From NCBI GenBank assembly GCA_030141605.1, contig JAQGDQ010000038.1:62001-126000 (forward strand): a stretch of 64,000 bases of DNA. The letters are read 5' to 3'. The stretch is from Tubiluchus corallicola (taxonomy: Eukaryota > Animalia > Priapulida). Below the pieces are notes generated by a model. That model was not told the origin of the DNA. It saw only the letters and a program-made list of their open reading frames with translations, and made no database searches. Shown here one piece after another: positions 14,873 through 29,300 of the stretch. Position 1 is the first letter of the stretch. Every line of letters starts with the position of its first letter. The translations under genes were made by a program, and so were the position numbers.

Positions 14873-14938
14873 CTTGCGTCTTCTAATACAAATGAATTTA
14901 TACGTTTATGCTTCTGCAATATGTGCAACAGTACTCAC
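14873..14938 (-). other. 66-nt exon beginning with GTGAGT (recursive splice site / RS-exon)
   Basis: Minus strand reads TTCTAAT (branch-like)...TTTGTTGTTGCAG|GTGAGTAC...CAAG|GTAAGC. Confidence 0.6.
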
Positions 14939-15098
14939 CTGCAACAACAAATATATAATAATTATTTGATTAGAATTCACAGGTGAATACGTATAACCAC
15001 AAAATCACACTGTTTACAGAATTATTCATCTTAATTAATGGTGAATACAATTGATTAAGATAAATATAAATATAAATATAACAAATGAATATACATGA

Positions 15099-15139
<41 letters not shown>
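15099..15139. repeat. (AT)n(GT)n compound microsatellite
   Basis: Directly visible. Confidence 0.95.
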
Positions 15140-16139
15140 ATTCATCTCTGTGGGTATATCAAAACACATACATACATGTACGTATATAAATATTCAACTC
15201 TGTAGGAAGCAACACTTGACTTTTTCATTGGAATGAAAAGCCAAACTTCATCGGTACACACTAGGCAAACAAATATTTTGATAGTCATAAATTAAGTTGT
15301 TAAAATTTAATATGCTCATTTCATACAGCTAACTCCAAAATCTTAGCAATATAAGCCCTTATAACATAAAATCCCTATTACAGTCTAAAACCTAATCTAC
15401 ATGTATATACTTCAGCTAAATAAGATACAAGACGCTGAAGTAGCACTTTACAAAGAATTGCGTATCTAAATCACACAAAGCTGACCACATTTTGAAAATA
15501 AGATTTACGCAATACAGACCTTGAGAACTAACGAAAGCACTGCGTTTTTCCACTATAAGTTTCTTTTTTCACGAAGAAATAACGCTTACAATTCTGATAC
15601 AACAATATCCTAATAACCTCAAATTTCTCACAACAAACATTACTGAAAGTTTGCGCAAAGCATAAAAAACGGTAACTTCCAACACTACCACCCACCTTCA
15701 CTTAACCCTCCTCGCAAACAAAACAGTCACTGTGCTGACATCCGCTCCTCTTCTTCAACCGTCTTAACTCGTTCAAGAAAAAATGCCAGATCACCGTCGG
15801 CACTTTCCTTTCCTGATTAGAGAAAACTGGAAAAACGACGGGAGTGGTACTTTTCTATCAATGAGGGTGACATGTGCTCACGTGGGAGTTTTTGTCCTTA
15901 TTTACCATGGGTGTAATTACAGGAGCAGCAAATGGAATGATGGCATATAAGCAAAACCGACTGGACATATTTTGTAATTTTAAATTCAACGGAAGTAAAT
16001 TGACCAACAATCGAATTCTACTTATTCAATAGACTCTCATTCTTATTTATCCAAACTTTTCTTGACTTTTGTTGCTAAAGAGGGATTTTTGCTACACAGT
16101 TTTAAATACGTTTACTATATTTTAAAGATGTAAACGGAA

Positions 16140-16380
16140 ACTCGTTGCCACAGTTCATCATAGATACTGTCATCACTGTTGTCATTACTTGCATAAGTAT
16201 CATCATCATGCCACCATCGTCACTATTACCAACAAGTTCTTAATTGTGTCGCTGCATGGTCAATGTCGTCGTTGCCACCGACTCCGCATCATCATGATTA
16301 TCATCTTTATCGTCAACATCGTTGTCTTACGGTGATTATTTTTATCATGGTCATCGCCAGTTCTGTTGCCGTTGTTCATA
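16140..16380. repeat. Degenerate (CAT/CGT)n trinucleotide low-complexity tract
   Basis: Recurrent catcat/cgtcgt/tgttgc triplets. Confidence 0.7.
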
Positions 16381-18633
16381 TTGAACAAATTTTCAGCTGA
16401 TTTCATACGTCACTAAGTAAGCTAACAAATTTTCTCCGAAATTCCTGTTGCCCCATCTTAACTACCTAAACGGTCTTTACCCGACACCCCACCAGTAGAA
16501 TAGGAGATATCTGTCATGTGTATTGAAACTTTGAAAGTATTGCCATTACCATGACGGACAAAGACGCTTCTTATATTCTATGCATGGTGGTGAGCAGCTC
16601 AACAATATTGACAGCAATTTCTCAAGTGTAAAAAGAAAGAGCTGAACAGGTTCTCAACAATTTGAACCAACTGGAAAAGCAATTAGATATGCATGAACGA
16701 AGTGGTAAAATGTAAAATAAGGCCAGGACGAAATTTAGTGAGGAACGAAGTAATGAATGTGTCGACAAAAGCGACATACTTAACAGCAAGGTGTTTTGAA
16801 AGATGATAAAAATAAGAAAACCTATTATTAAAATTTAAATAGTCAGCAAACTAACAATTTTACGAACAATAAACGAAGTGCAATATTATCAATCAGTAAA
16901 GCAATAAAAAACAAAGAAAATCAAAGTATACATAAGAATACTTTTTGCATACTTACAACTGATATCTGACTAAATATTTTCAAGTTAAATTCCATGCAAA
17001 TCAAATATTTATTTTGAGCAGGTTTTTTGTTTAATACTCCTTGCATATTATACTTGTAAATAGCTTACATCAATTCACAAATTATTTTCTGCTACAACCT
17101 TTTTGTCGCAATTGAACAGCGCTATTGTTTAACAAGTATATAAGAATATATAATCCTCTCCAAAAACAAGCAAATAATTTCAGTGACCACATAGGTAAAA
17201 TAATTTTAATCTTAAGCAAAATAATTGTAAACCTTAAAAAAATTAACAAACTAATTGCAGACTGCAGAGACCAGCTCAAAAGCCGCGTTAATTTTTTTAA
17301 AAAATTGAAACTTTTAACATATTTTTCAAATAGATGTACATGTACCAGCTTAAAGGATCGCTTACTGATGAAAATAAAACACTAAAACGTCTTCAGCTTG
17401 AATCTTACTAGTATGTATGTACGTAATGCGTTCGCCTACACTACGGAATCTTCATTTCGCAATATTATAAGACAAGACCGCATATTAAACCCACAGACGA
17501 TCATTAGGGATTACCCTACTTCATTACGCAGCTGATATATGATTGATTGATACAATGTATCACGATTACATGAAAGTGATTGTGTTAGCGTCAGAGTTAC
17601 GCACAAACATTCGTGATTAGTCCACGTTGGCGGAAAGGCAACCAATCAAATGGCCGAAACGGATTCGAACGCTGTCCTTTAAGAATTTGAAAATATTAAT
17701 ATTAGAAGTCTAATAATACCGAATCAAGATTCAATCTTAGGTATTTACAGATGTATGTATTGTGCCAACAAACTTATACTGCAGTGTAAGCCAACAATGT
17801 TTTAAAAATGTTCGATAGGTCTAAACAGTAATGCAAATGCCATTTATGCATCCAATCTGAGCAGGCGATAATGAAAAGCAATGCTGGGCCTGGCTAGTAA
17901 ATGCCTGGGTAGCTATACTACCTCGGGGGAGGGCATTTTATGTTATGTTATTGAGGCAGCATGTCAGGCATTTCCGTATTTCAGGGTTATCCTAGATAGT
18001 GAGTATAGGTGTTTCTGCGCTTCAGCCTCAGCTTCGCCAACTCAAAAGATGTGTAGGTACAAACAGAATTAACTCTTTCTGAACATAAATTTGACATGAG
18101 CTGAATTAATTTAATATGAAATAAAATAAAATAAAATATTCATAATGTTCAAAGATTAGCAAATGACGAAAACTGTAGCTATGTATAGATCTGCCGCTCA
18201 TACACTTTCATTCCATTCAGCAAATTAAACTCTCCAGCTTGTCCAACGTCAGGATTAATCTTGATTAATAAATTAACCCAAGTCAAACAGCAATTAATGA
18301 CAATCACCAATGTGGCAGATTCGCCGGGAGGCAGGAGATAAGAAACAATGCTAGATCAATCAATGTCATAGTCGTGCTGCCTAATCAATTTGCCTGTATA
18401 AATAAAAGAGCAGTAGTCAAAGATTAAGGTCTCCAAACCATAGTGATAAAATATTACTTGTAAGTTAAGATAATAAATTAAAAGAGAAGATCGAGGGAAA
18501 ATTTTAAGCACCATCCTTTCTTTTTGCATAAATAGCTGCTGCGCATAACGTCTGGCATGAACATGAAACTAAAAAACCATGGCCAGCGTTGGTCACACGA
18601 CGACATTCTATCACTTATAGATAATCTATGAAC

Positions 18634-18660
18634 ATATATATATATATATATATATATATA
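18634..18660. repeat. (AT)n microsatellite
   Basis: Directly visible. Confidence 0.95.
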
Positions 18661-19811
18661 GTTCGAACATGATCACTTTTTTATCAGCAAACTGTAAGCT
18701 ATATTTTTCCAATTTTGAAGTTCACAGATTATCTATAAGTGATAGAATGTCGTCGTGTATTTATGTACATATACAGGTATGTATAAGTGAATAGGTGTAT
18801 GTATATACATATACAATCTGCTACGCTCTTTGAAAGTCAAACTAAGGCGCTTTAGAACGGCAACAAGTCGATTACACGGTCTTCTTAGTTCTTTGCAGAG
18901 ACCCGTGTTCAAATTTTTGATAAGCGTTGAGACCAACAAGGTTTGTTTGCTAATTTTGCTATTACATATACTACTTTTTTTTCAAGTTCAGTAATAACTA
19001 TGCAAACATTATTTCAGCAGAACCTGATTTAAGTAGTATAGGTCAGAATTAAATGCCTTTTTAATTAAGAAGCTCCGCAGTACAATCTATAACATATGTA
19101 TTCGTGTCCACCTTGTTTTCTTTTTTGATAAACTGATAACGTTTTCCAAAAACACTTGCAAATCTAACTGTTTCATCCAAACTCATACAAAGCAAACCGC
19201 TTTATCTCCTCGCTTGTCTCTCTCCAATAATACAACACTCCCCAGTGGCTAAGGATGAAACACGTGTTGGTTAAGCCACGTTCTTTCTCTTTTGCCACTA
19301 ACTAATGCAACCTCTCCGCGATAGCTATTTCGCCCAAGTCCCTAAAGACCTGTCCCAAAAAGCTAAACAGTGAAATTGCGCTGGCATCAAAAGTGTTTGT
19401 TGCGTATCTTTACTCGTGAAACATTGAATAAGCTGTGTTGTTCCGTCTAAGAATCAAGTCAGCATACTGAATGTACGCTTTTTTCAGCAAGACAAGAGAG
19501 GATGTATTCCTTTGGCACATGTAAAAGCTGACCATGTGTAGAGCAAGGTATTACTGTTTTTACGACAACTCACAGGTAGAGTCCTCTGCCTCTTACTTGT
19601 TTTATGAAAGACTATGAAATAATGAAAGATAAAAGAATCTGTCTGCTCTCCCATTCAGTAACTAGCAACGAAAGAAACCACCATATCCTTTGTGATTTAT
19701 GAGACACAAGACTTTTACCTTACAGTCGAACTACATGGCTTGCAGCAACAATCGCCATTAAAGACGTGCAAGCACAAAGCATTTCAGAAAAAGTTCTTAA
19801 AAATTCTGTCT

Positions 19812-19884
19812 GTGTGGGTGCGTAAGTGCGTGCGTGTGCGCTCTCTCACTCACTCACTCACTCACTCATGCTCACTCTCTCTCA
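19812..19884. repeat. (GTGC)n/(CTCA)n microsatellite
   Basis: Directly visible. A second (GTGC)n tract lies at 20087-20127. Confidence 0.85.
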
Positions 19885-21856
19885 ATCGTTTCAGGCAACT
19901 AATACTTCACTAAAGACTTCTTCTCGTCAGGTTGCATGACGTTTGGTTGAGTGGGTCATACTCTGAGGTTACAAGAAGATAGTCCATTTATTACTGCTTT
20001 CCATGAATCAGTTCAACCATCAAAGAAACCAATAGGCGGCAGATTATTCACATAGGAACGTCTCTACTTCTGACATATACATAATATGTGTGCGTGTGTG
20101 TGCGTGCGTGCGTGCGTGCACGTGTGTAAAAAATACTATATAGGCATACACACATATATGCACCTACACATAATAGAGATGCGACTACTTAGACAATTTG
20201 GTTGGTGCACAAGAAGTCATTAACCACACAGTCAAATATTTCGGCACGGGGCCAAGTATACTGAGCAACGATATGGATGATTCATATACAGATGTAGTCA
20301 AGGAGTTGATTATAGGAGGAAGTCAACTATGTCAGTACCTAGTAATCTCCATCATTTTACAGCAACTTATCCTAGATTACCCAGGTCGTGATTCATATAC
20401 GAACAATACTCTAATCTGACTACTCTAATTACGTATCAATACGCTCCCTAAATACAAATCGAAGGACAAAATGCACAGATATTTTAGTGAGTAATATGTG
20501 ACTATTACTGGCACAGAAAGCAACACTAGTGAAGTACAGGGTGAATAAATTAATTAATGCCTTTTTGACAAGTTGATGAATGAAAAATGTCGGAAAAGTA
20601 AAATATCATCACATCACAAAGTAAATAACGGATGTACTACAAACTGTGCAAACACTGTTTGACATTTTACAGTATTTACATCAGGCTATATGTAGAATAT
20701 GTATAAAACCACATTTATAAATCATTATCTTTAATAATCCTTAAATATCCGAATTATACAATCCACACTATTCAATTTACTCGAAAGAGACAAATCTGAA
20801 CGCTGAAGCACCTTGGATCAGCCCTTACAACCCGCAACTGGATCAGACCTGACAGGCCTAATCTGAGGACTTCAATATCATCGTCAGGCGCATGCACACT
20901 TATCCCTTCCCGACACTATAGGAAAAATACTCAACAAAATGCAAGAGTAATTTCCTGGCAAATGAAATGGGGTCAAGCTCGCAGGCAGTATAAATCTGTA
21001 ACACAATGATTGAGATGCGTACAGAGAGAGAAAGAAATTGATGAGAAATACTATAAGACGCATGAGGAGCTCTAATTAAGCAAGGTGCACTTGGCAAGGA
21101 AGCGCTTATTAAATGGAAAAATGCATTTCAATAGATTTGTACAATTAACGACAGAAGTTTGATACGGAAATGCATTATAGTTATATTAAATGATTTTTAC
21201 AGTGAATTTTACTTCCCCTTTAATTTACTTTGCGAACTAACATAAAACTGCTTCATAAACGAATTAATGGGTCGTTAAGATATTTTTGCTGCAATGAAAT
21301 ATCAAGCCAGGCCCATGATGCTATAAACAAAACCAAAGCCGCATATAGCCTTACAAATGTTATATTTCCCTGCTTTTCTGAAAGCCATTCTTGAACTTGA
21401 TCGGTTATGATGACGATTCATATTTTTTTAGTATTATTTATTTATGTAAACATTATAAACATATAAACACCCTCTAAATAGTTAAACATAAAGTTTTTTT
21501 AGTTTCATTTCATTCTGGTTTTCTTAAGGCACCCACGTTAATGATTAATCAATCATCAATTAAACTTATAAATGTAGTCCCGTCGTTTACAAGGTTATAG
21601 TATTATTTCCGTTAGTGAACATGATAAAGTGTGGCATAAAACCCTTCTGACCAGGTGCAACGGACATTAATGCTGCAGAGAAACAAGCCCAAATCAAGAG
21701 CCACCATACGCTTTCGAAAATTGCCAGCATTCTGCATGTGATTCTATCTACCTACTTAGACCGTCTGAGAGATTGACAATAATGTATTAGAAAAATTTAT
21801 AAAAAAAATTATTACGCATTGCAAAATTTGCTAAAACAAACTTTACCTGCCATATA

Positions 21857-22020
21857 GTTAACTAACTATAGTTACCGCACTACATTGTCCCACTACATAT
21901 ATAAAAGGAGTAATACACATATAGAGGGTCTACATACATTTTTTACTACCAAGATGTATTTATTATACACACTCCTTTTATAAATGTATATAGTTGGAAA
22001 GGGTAACTACAGCAGTTACT
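21857..22020. mobile_element. Small inverted-repeat element (mini-MITE)
   Basis: TATAAAAGGAGT / ACTCCTTTTATA and the outer TAGTTACC / GGTAACTA are nested inverted repeats. Confidence 0.55.
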
Positions 22021-24488
22021 TGAACATTTTTAAACTTCACGCTTTTTACCAACTGAACATTTATGAGGCATTATTCTGTAAAAAAACAACAAATTTAATT
22101 AAGTCATAGTTGTCAAAATTGGCAAGTATCGCATTTTTGAAATGAACTCTTCAAATTAAAATCGAAGATTGTACATATTGTACTACTGAAAAGCCATGCA
22201 AAATAATTGCTTTGCTCATTCTTTACTGGATCTATTGCGTCGGATTTGATTACGTTGATAACTCGAGCCTTCACGGCTCATAAACTTCAGCATAATCAAC
22301 TGTCCATGTATATGAGTTTTGGGACTGCAAAGACCAGGCGCTGATAAATAATGTAAAGAAATCAATAAAGAGGTGGTACTTAAACTTGTACCACGCGTCT
22401 AGAAAACGTGAGTATATAGTATACTAAAAATACACTTACTACTCATAAAAAGCAACCATACAAACAATTAAACAGACAACAATGTTAGAGCTGTTTCTTC
22501 TACATAAATGTTTGAGCCAATTAAACAATTACACCTTTCCTACACAACGGTGCAATCAAAAACAGTCTAACTTATCGTATTTTGTACCAAAAGATCTATT
22601 AAGGGCTGCAGTAATTTATAGAGATCCAATAGGGCTTGCTAATCAGCTTTTTAATCGCCTCAAAACTGACGTATATATCAGGCAAAAAAATGAAGAATTG
22701 TAATGAATTGTAAGAATTGTCAATCAAAAATATTGACAAATCTAGAAGGTATACCAAAAAGATTTTTCTCACACGAAAATCATTATAGAAAGCAACCATT
22801 ACTAATACAAACAAAAAAATGAATGAGCAATTTCACGGGCCATGCAGAAAAAATTCTCGAAACTTTTTTTAATATCCGGCAGTAATTTTTAATCCTGAAA
22901 TTGCCAAAATATAAGTTCTTACATGTGACCGCATACAAATGAAAATCTTCGACAGGCACCTTAAAATACCAAAATAAGTAAATTACATAAGATAGTCCTA
23001 CCTAAAGCATTTTAGCAATTTTAAATTATACATTGAGGCCATTAAAATGTTTATATAATAAATACTTTACCAAACAAACTTTTATAAATAATGAAACTAC
23101 TTAAGTTTAATTTAAATAAAAAAATCACCAGATATTAGCTATAAGCAGGTGCAAGAATCAATTATACTGACTGACTGTAAATAACGGCCCAAACATACCA
23201 AATTATAACCAGTAATGCTTAAAATTGATGCGCCTACATGCACAAAAATAATATTAGAAAATTATAATGGTAATAGTTTTGTATTAAATCATGATATACT
23301 TTTAAAATTGTTATGTATGATGTATCAGTGCAGTGAACATTTATATTAAACTGTTTATTTTTACTAGTAAACAATACTAAATACACTATGGACAGTTTAT
23401 TCAGGCACCGTAATTTCAGCATGGACACTAAACTGTATATATGTTCCTTTGCTAGAATGAAGCAGACTCGCAATTCCATATTTCACATAATTTACTTGCG
23501 TGTCTTGCTAGAACTTGGCTTATTTGCACAAAATGGTTATACAGGCACATGCCAAAAATTTGGTAGGAAAACAGAAATCAAACTGATGGTAGGCCATACA
23601 GACATGCGAACTTGCGCTCGTGCCCATGGGGCAAACAGAGGCAGCCTCTTTTTTATCTGTACCCACGCCACTACGCAATTTTAACGAGCAAACCGTGATT
23701 ACGAATATAATGTGGGCGGGAAGACCAAGTTCGCAAATGTTTATTGAAAACTTCCTGCAAATTAACATAAAATGGCTCCCTATGTACAGGAAAGCTGCCA
23801 CACAAGGCTCATTAGCTAAAATGTAGCGCCATGCCTGCACTCAACAATAAAATATGGCGAAAAGGTTTGAATCCTATGCCTTGTATATTAGGTTATACAG
23901 TTTTAAATTCACTAAAAATATTTAGAAATGCTACAGAAACTGAAAAAACACGCAACCATATGTCTCGTACCATAGATGCTAACTAAAAATAGTGTGTATA
24001 CAGCACAGACCAATATAAGAGGTTAGATATATAGCTGCTACTTCATGCCACACTAAATTAGCAATAAGAGATATAGAAATCGTGTCGTGTGCGTAAATTA
24101 GCCATAACTGATAACATAAAATAAAGCTAAAAAATTTTATGCCAAACAAAAAATCAAGCGCACAATTTCAATCAAGACGAAATTAGGCTTATATCAGAAA
24201 CAATATCTAAACTATACTATGGTAGATAATTATAACATTATAACAAAATATTTCAAGTTTTCAACATATGGTTAGATTTGTGTAATGAAATAATTTGCTG
24301 AATTTGCTAAGATTCAAGTGAAGAACGTATAAACCTTATACGTAAGAACGTATAAACGTATAAGAACGTTAAAAACAGCGTAAAATTGAAAGAGACTCGA
24401 CAGTTTTGCATTTGTAACCCAAACTCGCATTACATTAGATAAATTATGTCAGGAATGGCGCTGACAAAAAACTTAAAAAATCACTTAC

Positions 24489-24548
24489 CGTTTGTTACTA
24501 CATGACAAGAATGCCATATATCAAAAAGAGAACTCTACAAATGACTGA
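24489..24548 (-). other. Candidate alternative first exon
   Basis: Inr-like TCAGTC at 24548-24543 followed by the strong donor ACG|GTAAGT. Confidence 0.4.
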
Positions 24549-25915
24549 GGCACGTACTCGCATCCGTTCTGCATGCACGCATGTTTGTCCAAACAACTGC
24601 AAACCAAAAATGGACAACACACCTGCACAGGTATACGCTTTACCTGCCCATCTCAAATCTTTCACAGAGTTTGCAAGTTACCTGAGTAACCAGTTGCCCA
24701 CATGCACGATAACTGTGTCAGTCTTTTTCCAATTCAAGCAAATTTACGCTTTTCTTGATAATGCTTCCAAGGACATTGCCAAGACTAAATACATATTCGC
24801 TGTTCCGAATTAAGCAGGATATTTCGGACAAAGAAGTGTGCAGGCAAGTAGAAATTCAAGAACTCATTTAACTTTACAACTGTAGCGCTTTATTGGAAAA
24901 AGTTCCTTCCATGAGTACTTTAGTACAAGAAACTCATTTACACCCACATATTACTTTTCTTTGTTATTAACTTTCATTAAGACATTTTAAAAATGAATAA
25001 CATCATATACAGCAGAAATATTGGTCACGTATATACAGATACAATGTTCCCGCATACTATATATTACAAAACGTTTTGGTAAACACGGTTTTACATGCAT
25101 ACTCTCATGACAACAACAATTTTGCGAAACAACTTGTCAGTTAAGCTGCAGCTTCGATTTAATTAGGTCACATTTTGCCGGCCATCAAAACATTTAAAAT
25201 AACAGCCTGCTTCTAAAAAATTTAAACTAGGGGTTAACCTTATAACTGTCCCTACCAAACTAATCATATGTTAAGATTATCCCTAATAATCACAGAATAA
25301 TGTCTCCTAGGCACCGCAGAATAATGCCGCCTTGGCAATTTTTGATAAACAATTAATTAATGAATTTTACTCTTCGTAACAATTATTTTAAGTAACAATT
25401 ATCAGAATTCGGTCACACGCGGTCAACATGTGGACTGCATTTTTTCCTAAAATAGTCACCCGAAAAAAAGGGAAAAACGCAGGTTAGAATGTTCTACATA
25501 TGAAACTGACAAGCGATGATGTTTACTCTATAAATATTAACTCTACATCCAGGCGTGTATGTTTAACACTGTGAACACATATATAGCTATTATTGTTTGC
25601 TATTTGGAGCAAATATTCTCTACAACGAACCGGCCAAATGACCACTAAAGAGTGCAAAGATCGAAATGCAATTCTTTCGCAGCGCTACTGTACTATATCA
25701 ACATCAATACAAAACACAATGGTCAAATGCACACTGTGTTAAGAAGGAAAATACATGAAACAGCAAAGTACTGGTTTACAAATTGTGTAAGAACACTCTA
25801 AAAATTGCCTAAATAATTTTCTTATATATATGCATCTAATTTATTTAACTAATAAGTTTTAATTAATAAGACAATTCCGTATATGACAACAGCAACGTGA
25901 AAAAAAAGAATGTGT

Positions 25916-26062
25916 AGACAAAAGTGCTTACCTATTTTATACGATAAGAATGTCTAATTAAAGTTTCAAAAGGATTTAATTACAGACAAAACTGCTTACC
26001 TATTTTTTACGATAAGATGTGCAACAGATTAAAAGGTCTAATTAAAGTTTCAAAAGTATTTC
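25916..26062. repeat. Imperfect tandem duplication (about 68-nt period)
   Basis: AGACAAAA.TGCTTACCTATTTT.TACGATAAGA...GTCTAATTAAAGTTTCAAAAG occurs twice. Confidence 0.85.
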
Positions 26063-26249
26063 CTTCAAATTTGGAATAAAATAACTGCTAAAGGTCCTTC
26101 GTTGCGTTTCCCCCAAATAAGGAACTCGCATTTTGAGGCACCACCCACGAAAGCTGGTGTTACCCTATCAAAACCAGTCCACTGCAACATTCATCTCAAT
26201 GACAAAGGGTTGAATTTCTAGAACGGCTGTAACTCGTTCTCCTATTGCT

Positions 26250-26340
26250 TAGTTAAGCCACGCCCTACAGCACAAACTGACCAATAGCAGCGAAGACGTA
26301 ATAATAAACCTGATCAATAGAAAGGGCAATGAGTCAGCTA
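26250..26340 (-). promoter_or_regulatory. Candidate alternative promoter
   Basis: GC box GCCACGCCC at 26257-26265, CCAAT at 26281-26285 and AP-1 TGAGTCA at 26330-26336. These lie about 250 nt upstream of minus-strand AG|GTAAGC donors. Confidence 0.45.
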
Positions 26341-29300
26341 GAGTAGCTGAGAGAGAGAAAGAAAGTGTCTGAAATATGTAAATCAATAAAAATGCCACAT
26401 CGGACGTTAGTTGTGCATATTAGTTCTGTGCAACCTGAAGCCAAGCATCTACTGAGATGCTTAGCAGCACAATGCATCCTATATTAAATAAAAATTAACA
26501 TGTACACACCTAATAAACATTTCAGATCGACCGTTTTCAGAAAAAAATACATTTTAGTATAATAGCTTGGCCGTTAAATAATACAAGGGTATACAGTACA
26601 AGCTTTTTTACCAAGAATTAAAAAAAATCACTGCTAATATCTGTGTGGCTATGACAACTACAATTTTAGTTGTTAGAAGTCGAACATACCTTTAATTTTA
26701 AAAGAACGAGTACGAAAAGTAAATAAACGGAGCATATAAATGTAGCTTGCAAAATGATATCAATTTCCAATTTTATTTCAGACATAAAACCTTCCATAAA
26801 GTTAGTTACACACAGTAAATGATAAAGGATATTGAGAGTTAGTAGATAAAACGAATTAATAAATTAAAAATTGTGTAAATAGATGAAGCGTTTCATGTAT
26901 TTCATTAAGAACTTCATTTGCGCACGCACAACAAATGATATAAAACGACAAAACGTTTTCAGAAATGACGTTAATAAAAACAATAGTTACGTATAACACA
27001 CGTACACAAATTTTCTGTTAGATGGAAAAGTACAAAAAAGACTGAACAAGGCATTACGTTTATTGACCAAAAATTAATAACGTGACAACAGCCCATATTA
27101 AAATTCGCATATTCGCTGATTTTGATTTTGCAACAGAGTGTAACTGGGGAGAGAAAAATTGTTATGAGGCCTTACGACAATCAGCTTTACCACGTATATT
27201 TGTGATTCAATACATTTGCTATATACTATATAGGTATAACATACTAATGGGGGGCTGTAGCTAACTTACTTCTTTGTTTGTTTGACGTAGTGATCTCACA
27301 GTAGTTAATGTTCAACTACTATAGTGATGATAAGGGCCACAGGCAGTGTTTGGCACAAATGTTACCCCTCTTGCAAGTGTGTTTTGCCAACAACGAGCAT
27401 TACGGATTTCAAATTTGGCATCAACGTTAACCAAACACGCATTCTCTTTATATCAGCATTAAACTATTTAAGCAATGATTAGAAAAAACTGACAGTAGGA
27501 TCTGCAACATTCAGAACCTTGAGAAATTCAAATGCTTCTTGGGGACGAACAATATCATCAGTAAAGGACGACATCAAACTGAATAACACTGACATTGACA
27601 AATAACCATTATCTGACATTTCACGTGTAATGAGATTGAAAACTTATAAATTGCAATTTTACCCTTTAATCGAACCCATGTAATTCCAGGATAACAAGGA
27701 AGCAAAATTAGATCGCAATTAACTTACACAGGAAACTATTAATCTGGAAGGTCTAGAGCGTCCAACTGCAGTAGTTTAAGAAGCTAGAACGTAACCCACG
27801 TTTCAGTATATTAATAACTGCAAACTCTGTTAAACTCTGTTACGCGTAGCCGTAGAAGAATTAAGGCTGCAGCAGAAAGATAAATCAAAGAAACAAGCTT
27901 TAGTTCTTTTGAAAAACATGCGAACATACAAATGCAAAAAACAAAAAAGAAATACAAGATTCACATATACTGGCGTTACACAGACAACTTAGAAATATAT
28001 AGTATTTATATAACAGTATTTATAGTGGTAAGAATATGAATATGAAACCACACAAAGCGTTTACAATTATGTCAGATTTGCCAAAAGTGGAAAGTAAAAA
28101 ATTATTCTCACAATACTACAAAACCCTTCTTAAACTATATTTTAATTTCATCCTTACATTAGGCCAATAATTTTATACTAGGATAAGGAGGGTAATTACT
28201 AATTCGGTACGGAAGAGCATTTGAGTTTGAACTTTATTGTCAGTTTCAACATTTATTGCACCATTTTCAGCATTTATTTCAAAATTAAAGCAGGCTCCTT
28301 ACATTATAAAAATCATCTTTTACATTTCCATATCTTGCTGTAACATGTATAAGATTCTAGATAAAATATAACATCTTATATTCAAAAACAGCCCAATTTG
28401 CATTTATGCTTTTAATTTAACCATTTTTTCTACCTAACCCCAAAATTACATTAACTACACTCAGCCACCAGCCTCACGCTGTTTTGTTACGCCCATAAAA
28501 CCACCCACTTAACTCTTTCAATAAGCTGCCATAAGCGTGGTGCAGCACACTCCAGAGGTTAAAAGCTGTGTAAATATTAACTCTTTCAACATAATGGAGA
28601 AGGAGTTAAGTGCCTGGCATGCCACGGCAGCAGACGACAGTACGTTCGTAGAAAAAATATGTAGAAAGGCTTCAAAAAGATAGAGTAACTTCGAAGTGAA
28701 ACTATTTTTGAACCGTAACAATTCAAAAAGTGTAAAAGTGATTTTTTGCATTGTATCCATGCCGAACTCTGAATAAAGTTAATAAAGTAGGAATCGCCTC
28801 AGACATAGCCAAGAACCACCAGGAAAAGGCTGCGTAGCACAAGCCTGGTCAAAAGTATTTTTTTACCAGATCAATCATGGCTCAGAATCATTTGGAGAAC
28901 ATTCAAATTCGATATTAGCAATAAAAAATGTTTTCTAATACGCAGACCTATTATGATTCTGTACGGTACTACACTCACTGTGTATTATGAAAATCGGGCA
29001 AAAATTTTGCAAATAAACGAACTGGTATTTCTTATATTAGGTCTTAGTCGTTCTCCTTGTGAATTAAATAGAGGCTAGTGTTTTAAGAGATGAAGCACGA
29101 CATCCTTTCAAATAGAAATTCAATTCTCGTTGCCTAATATCACATCTGTTATCCCGTTCAATCGAAATTCTGGGTCAACAACAAAACGGTCTCACTTGGC
29201 TTTGCCCAAACAATGTTAACTCATTGATAAAAGAGATTTAACCGACACACGAACAGGTTTTGTTATTCAGACGCTCATTTCAGGCTCATGTCATATCAGT

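Noticed and set aside
24322-24370. AAGAACGTATAAAC short repeats (also the 26-nt tandem at about 60418-60470) as an array or CRISPR
   Set aside because: These are simple slippage duplications without unique spacers, in a eukaryotic context.
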